DNA of 64,000 nucleotides, from assembly GCA_963765765.1 (NCBI GenBank), contig CAVXYC010000001.1, positions 32,001 to 96,000 of the forward strand, in the 5' to 3' direction. Source of the DNA: an uncultured Chloroflexia bacterium (GTDB taxonomy: Bacteria; Chloroflexota; UBA6077; JACCZL01). The translations under genes and the position numbers were made by a program. Below the pieces are notes generated by a model that did not search any database, was not told the DNA's origin, and saw only the letters and a list, made by a program, of their open reading frames with translations. Positions 60,294 through 64,000 of the stretch are shown piece after piece (the first letter of the stretch is position 1; each line of letters begins with the position of its first letter).

Positions 60294-61244
60294 TCAGCCC
60301 GGAATCATGCCCAGCCGCCCGGCCTGGAAGTCCTCAAAAGCCTGGGCGAGCTCCTCGCGGGTGTTCATGACGAATGGGCCGTAGTGCGCCACTGGCTCTC
60401 GAATCGGCTGGCCGCCCATGATGTAGAGATCCAGGGCCGGGGTATGGCTGTCCTGAGAGCGATCCGCGCCGAGGCGAAGGGTATCACCCTCACCGAAGAC
60501 AGCGAGCTGCCCTGTTCGGACGGGCCGCTTGTCAGCACCAACGTAACCGGCGCCGCTAAGCACATATGCGAGGGCATTGAAATCCTTCCGCCAGGGAATG
60601 TCCACCTCAGCCCCAGGCTGAACCGTCACGTGGACGATGGTGATGGGCGTGTGTGTAACGCCCGGGCCCTGATGCCCGTCCAAGTCTCCCGCGATGAGGC
60701 GAACGAGCGCGCCACCATCTGGCGATCGTAGTAGCGCAACCGCGCCGCCGCGGATGTCCTGGTAGCGCGGGTCCACCATCTTCTTGGCGGATGGCAGATT
60801 CACCCAGAGCTGCATGCCATGGAAGAGCCCACCGCTCATGACCAGGTGCTCCGGCGGACGCTCGATGTGCAGGATGCCCTTGCCGGCGGTCATCCATTGG
60901 GTGTCGCCGTTGGTAATGACACCGCCGCCGCCGTTCGAGTCCTGATGCTCGAAGATACCGTCGATCATGTAAGTGACCGTCTCAAAGCCACGGTGCGGGT
61001 GCCAGGACGTGCCCTTGGGCTCGCCAGGCGCGTACTCCACCTCGCCCATCTGGTCCATATGAACAAATGGATCGAGCAATTGCAAAGGCACGCCCGCGAA
61101 TGCACGGCGGACCGGGAAACCCTCGCCCTCATAGCCGCTCGGAGCGGTGGTCACAGTGCGCACGGGGCGCAATGCCGCTCGGGTCGGATTGAACGGGGTG
61201 AGCTGTGGAAGCTCGAGAATTTTGTCTGTAGTGATGGCCGGCAT
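60294..61244 (-). CDS. Pirin family protein
   Basis: EGEGFPVRRA, WHPHRGFETVTY, QWMTAGKGILH.E, QLWVNLP, YGPFVMNT. Confidence 0.95.
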   Translation of the reverse strand: MPAITTDKILELPQLTPFNPTRAALRPVRTVTTAPSGYEGEGFPVRRAFAGVPLQLLDPFVHMDQMGEVEYAPGEPKGTSWHPHRGFETVTYMIDGIFEHQDSNGGGGVITNGDTQWMTAGKGILHIERPPEHLVMSGGLFHGMQLWVNLPSAKKMVDPRYQDIRGGAVALLRSPDGGALVRLIAGDLDGHQGPGVTHTPITIVHVTVQPGAEVDIPWRKDFNALAYVLSGAGYVGADKRPVRTGQLAVFGEGDTLRLGADRSQDSHTPALDLYIMGGQPIREPVAHYGPFVMNTREELAQAFEDFQAGRLGMIPG

Positions 61245-61287
61245 GCGTGCTGCTCCGTTGGACCGAACGACCCGCGAATTCGGATCG

Positions 61288-61340
61288 TTCAAATTTGTAC
61301 TTTCACTATACATGTCGTGGCGATGTTGTGCAAATTTGAA
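61288..61340. promoter_or_regulatory. Candidate MarR operator pair
   Basis: TTCAAATTTGTAC ... GTGCAAATTTGAA; each box is 11/12 to the palindrome TTCAAATTTGAA; between the divergent pirin and marR genes. Confidence 0.6.
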
Positions 61341-61361
61341 CTAATTCGGTATGGTGAGCTC

Positions 61362-61808
61362 GTGGATCGCTTAACTTCGGACGAGCTCAATGCCTGGCGC
61401 GCTTTTATCGAGGGCAGCCTGCGAGTGCATACGCGCATCGACGAGGACCTCAAGGCCGCGTCCGGAATGACGCTTTTCGACTATCACATCCTGATACTGT
61501 TGTCCGAGGCGCCAGAAGGTCGCTTACGCATGCGCGACCTTGCCGACCGCATGGCGTTTGCCCCGAGTCGACTCACGTACCAGGCCACGCGTATGGAGCA
61601 GAAAGGCCTGATTGCGCGCGAAGCCTGCGAAGACGACGCCCGCGGCACCTACGCCGCCATCACCCCCACCGGCCTGCACACCCTCCGCCGCGCCGCCCCG
61701 GCGCACGTGCGGTCAATCCGAAGCGGATTCCTGGATGCGCTGGATGAGCGGGATGTCGCTGATCTCGCCCGGATTTTTGGAAAGGCTCAAGGGCGGCTGG
61801 ATCATTAG
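61362..61808 (+). CDS. MarR family transcriptional regulator
   Basis: AWRAF..YHILILLSEAPEGRLRMRDLA..SRLTYQ..DDARGT..TPTG. Confidence 0.92.
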   Translation: MDRLTSDELNAWRAFIEGSLRVHTRIDEDLKAASGMTLFDYHILILLSEAPEGRLRMRDLADRMAFAPSRLTYQATRMEQKGLIAREACEDDARGTYAAITPTGLHTLRRAAPAHVRSIRSGFLDALDERDVADLARIFGKAQGRLDH

Positions 61809-61903
61809 CCGGCGCCAGTCAGAACAGGATCGCCGGAGCTTTCAATGGTCTTTCTAGAGCATCGTGCTAGACTGCCCGGTACCCGCGTCACAGGGAGGGT
61901 GCC

Positions 61904-62374
61904 ATGACCGCCGTCACTGGTTTGGGCCACGTTGGACTCAATGTTGAGGATATCGATCGGGAGCTCTGGTTCTTCACCGAGTTGCTGGGGCTGAAGGTCT
62001 CGGATCGGAATGAGGAAGGGACGACGTTCTTCCTCACCGCCCGGCCGGAGGTGGAGCATCACGAGCTTCTGCTGGCCAAGCGCCCGGGCGACCTATCGTC
62101 GGTGCAGCAGCTCTCGTTCACCTGCTCGAGTCTTGCCGATCTCAAGGAGTTCAATCAGCGTTTCGTGGACAACGGCATCAAGTTCGATCGCGTCGTTTCT
62201 CACGGCAACGCGATCGGTATCTATGTCCGCTCGCCCAACAACAACAAGGTCGAAGTCTACTGGCACACCGGGCTGGATTGGCCTCAGCCGTTCGGCAAGG
62301 AGATGGATCTGACCCGCTCCGACGAGGAGATTCTGGCGCATCTAACCACAGGATTGCCCGCGACTGTGAGCTAG
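61904..62374 (+). CDS. VOC/glyoxalase family protein
   Basis: LGHVGLNV..FFTELLGLKVSD..HHEL..SHGNA..P.NN.VEVY. Confidence 0.9.
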   Translation: MTAVTGLGHVGLNVEDIDRELWFFTELLGLKVSDRNEEGTTFFLTARPEVEHHELLLAKRPGDLSSVQQLSFTCSSLADLKEFNQRFVDNGIKFDRVVSHGNAIGIYVRSPNNNKVEVYWHTGLDWPQPFGKEMDLTRSDEEILAHLTTGLPATVS

Positions 62375-62579
62375 CACTCGTGCCGCTTCTCAATCCGATA
62401 TAGGTCGTAGTGCCTAGATCGCAACTGATACGAAGGCGATTCAGGCACAGGGGAAAGCCTGCCCAAGCCCCACGTGTACGATGAACATCGCGCCCCTTAC
62501 TTCTGAACAGTTACCCCCAGGCCTATCGATCGAACCTCCTACTCTGCATGGTGGTCGACGATTCACAGAAGTCTGTATG

Positions 62580-62840
62580 TCATCCGGTTACGTCCCAACC
62601 GGACGTTTTGCGAAGCCAATGAAGGCTGCGCCGGTGGGCGATGTGCAACCTGTTCAAGAGAGTGTCGCGGTGCGGTGCTTCAGGCACTCGGTCGAAGGAT
62701 TTCGCGGCAATCCACCAAGCCAATGCCTTGAGCTCGGCGGCCAGCCAGACGAGCGGAAAAACCAACGCGAGCACGGCCCAACGCGTAAGTACCAGGCGTC
62801 CAGCACACGGAGGCTGCAGGCGGTAATCTGGCAAGGCCAT
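62580..62840 (-). CDS. Small hypothetical membrane protein
   Basis: GAAGGGGG RBS; one TM segment (WAVLALVFPLVWLAA). Confidence 0.5.
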   Translation of the reverse strand: MALPDYRLQPPCAGRLVLTRWAVLALVFPLVWLAAELKALAWWIAAKSFDRVPEAPHRDTLLNRLHIAHRRSLHWLRKTSGWDVTG

Positions 62841-63269
62841 CGGTAACACCCCCTTCACCGCGGTTGAAACTAGCCGGAGGGCTTCGCCCGCTCCAGGGGA
62901 ATGACTTTACAGCATGCCGGACGCCATGTCGGTTAAGCGGGCTGATGCCCCGGGGCGTCGGCCCGGACAGCATCGCCCGGCGTGTTAAGGGGAAGAGCGG
63001 ACGAGGATTATCGGAACGCTAAGGTTCGCTGAGCAGTTGTGCGTCGGCCTGCCGCGTGAGCACCGGCGTCAAGGGGAAACCAACCTGTCGGTCTCCGCCG
63101 AGTCGAGCTCACGGTGCTGGCGGGGCGGCCGTCACTGGCCGTCGGGAATGTTCCCCGTGCGCCTCGTGGTGGCGTCGGGCGCGCCGGTGGATCTCCCTGC
63201 CGTTTGCAGAAAAGGGGTGGAAAGGCTCCGCAGACCTTTGTCTGAGCAGGACAGAAATCGTAGAACGCG

Positions 63270-63599
63270 CGCGATTTCACACGTCACGGTGTCCGTCACC
63301 GACGCGGGCGGGTCACCGACCTTCCGACTCGTCTCCGTCACCAGTGACGAGCTAGGAGGCAATGCCATCGTCGGATGGGACATCGGCCAGCCGACGTCGA
63401 CGGACAACTTCGGGCACAGCGGGATGGGAATGGTGACGGACGCCAATACACGCTGACGTACGAAGCGCGTGACACGATCGGCCTCACGGCCCAATGCAGC
63501 ACAACGGTGGTCGTGAAGCACGATCAGGGTCAGTCACAAACGCCATCCCATGGGACTCGAGTCTCCAGAGTCCCATGGGATGGCTGCCCTACTTCTTAG
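63270..63599 (+). pseudogene. Isolated remnant of a C-terminal Ig-like domain of large secreted proteins
   Basis: LVSVTSDE...GWDIGQP, frameshift, then QLRAQRDGNGDGRQYTLTYEARD...STTVVVKHDQG; no credible N-terminus. Confidence 0.6.
63542..63584. terminator. Hairpin between convergent sequences
   Basis: GCCATCCCATGGGACTC-N9-GAGTCCCATGGGATGGC, perfect 17-bp stem. Confidence 0.55.
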
Positions 63600-63699
63600 C
63601 CCAACACTGAGGTGGCCCGTTGAGCCGGCGGGAAGGGGCCGCCGTGCAGTTGTGTCATACGACAGGGCCGCCAGCGCCTGACCGCCGTGACCGATCCTG

Positions 63700-64000
63700 C
63701 TACGGGTTCGCGGACCCCTGTGACCCCGTAGGACCGCTCCCGAGCGGGTCGGCAAGAGTCCGCAGCTTCCGGCTCGCGTCGCCGACCAGCGGCGGGCCAT
63801 GGCCGAAGCACGCGACCTCGCAGCCCAGCTCGGCCAGTTTCCGCGCCGACGCCATCGACGCGCTGCGGTCGATGTTGAATGGTCCAAGGATCGGCTTACC
63901 TTCCGCGCAGGCGATGCAGTCGCCCGTGAAGAGCACCGACTGCCCGGGCAGCAGAAGCGCCAGGCTACCCGGCGTATGCCCCGGTGCGTCCACGATGCGT
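63700..64000 (-). CDS. MBL-fold metallo-hydrolase (3' part only)
   Basis: PGHTPGS, LFTGD, CFGHG. Confidence 0.88.
   Translation of the reverse strand, partial: RIVDAPGHTPGSLALLLPGQSVLFTGDCIACAEGKPILGPFNIDRSASMASARKLAELGCEVACFGHGPPLVGDASRKLRTLADPLGSGPTGSQGSANP

Noticed and set aside
62420-62480. Hammerhead-like CTGA...GAAA words
   Set aside because: The core CTGANGA and flanking stems are absent.

Overview
A GC-rich 64 kb bacterial chromosomal segment. It is most likely from Chloroflexota (inference from the Ala/Pro-rich lipoprotein linkers, BldN-like ECF sigma, phthalate-type Rieske oxygenase and Chloroflexota-style glycoside hydrolase). Many otherwise intact genes are broken by single-base frameshifts, as in an imperfect long-read assembly. 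Most genes are accessory metabolism: MaoC hydratases, a CoA-transferase, ilvD, a Mo-hydroxylase large subunit, a ThDP enzyme, ald, a CP-ATP-grasp/alpha-E/transglutaminase operon, several orphan solute-binding proteins and envelope-modifying enzymes. Best candidates for undescribed systems: (1) a stressosome (rsbR/rsbS) operon whose first gene fuses the RsbT-binding RsbU N-terminal domain to a histidine kinase instead of a PP2C phosphatase; (2) a c-di-GMP-I riboswitch directly upstream of a BldN-like ECF sigma, with a nearby stand-alone soluble protein resembling an anti-sigma N-terminal domain; (3) an OpgC-esterase fusion; (4) an orphan FliM-N/FliN hybrid. A foreign-looking, heavily frameshifted SIR2-hsdR segment abuts a truncated LuxR/MalT regulator. 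At least four families of intergenic inverted-repeat cassettes are present. No rRNA, tRNA, CRISPR array or transposase was found. All family calls are by motif recognition from memory; no database searches were run.
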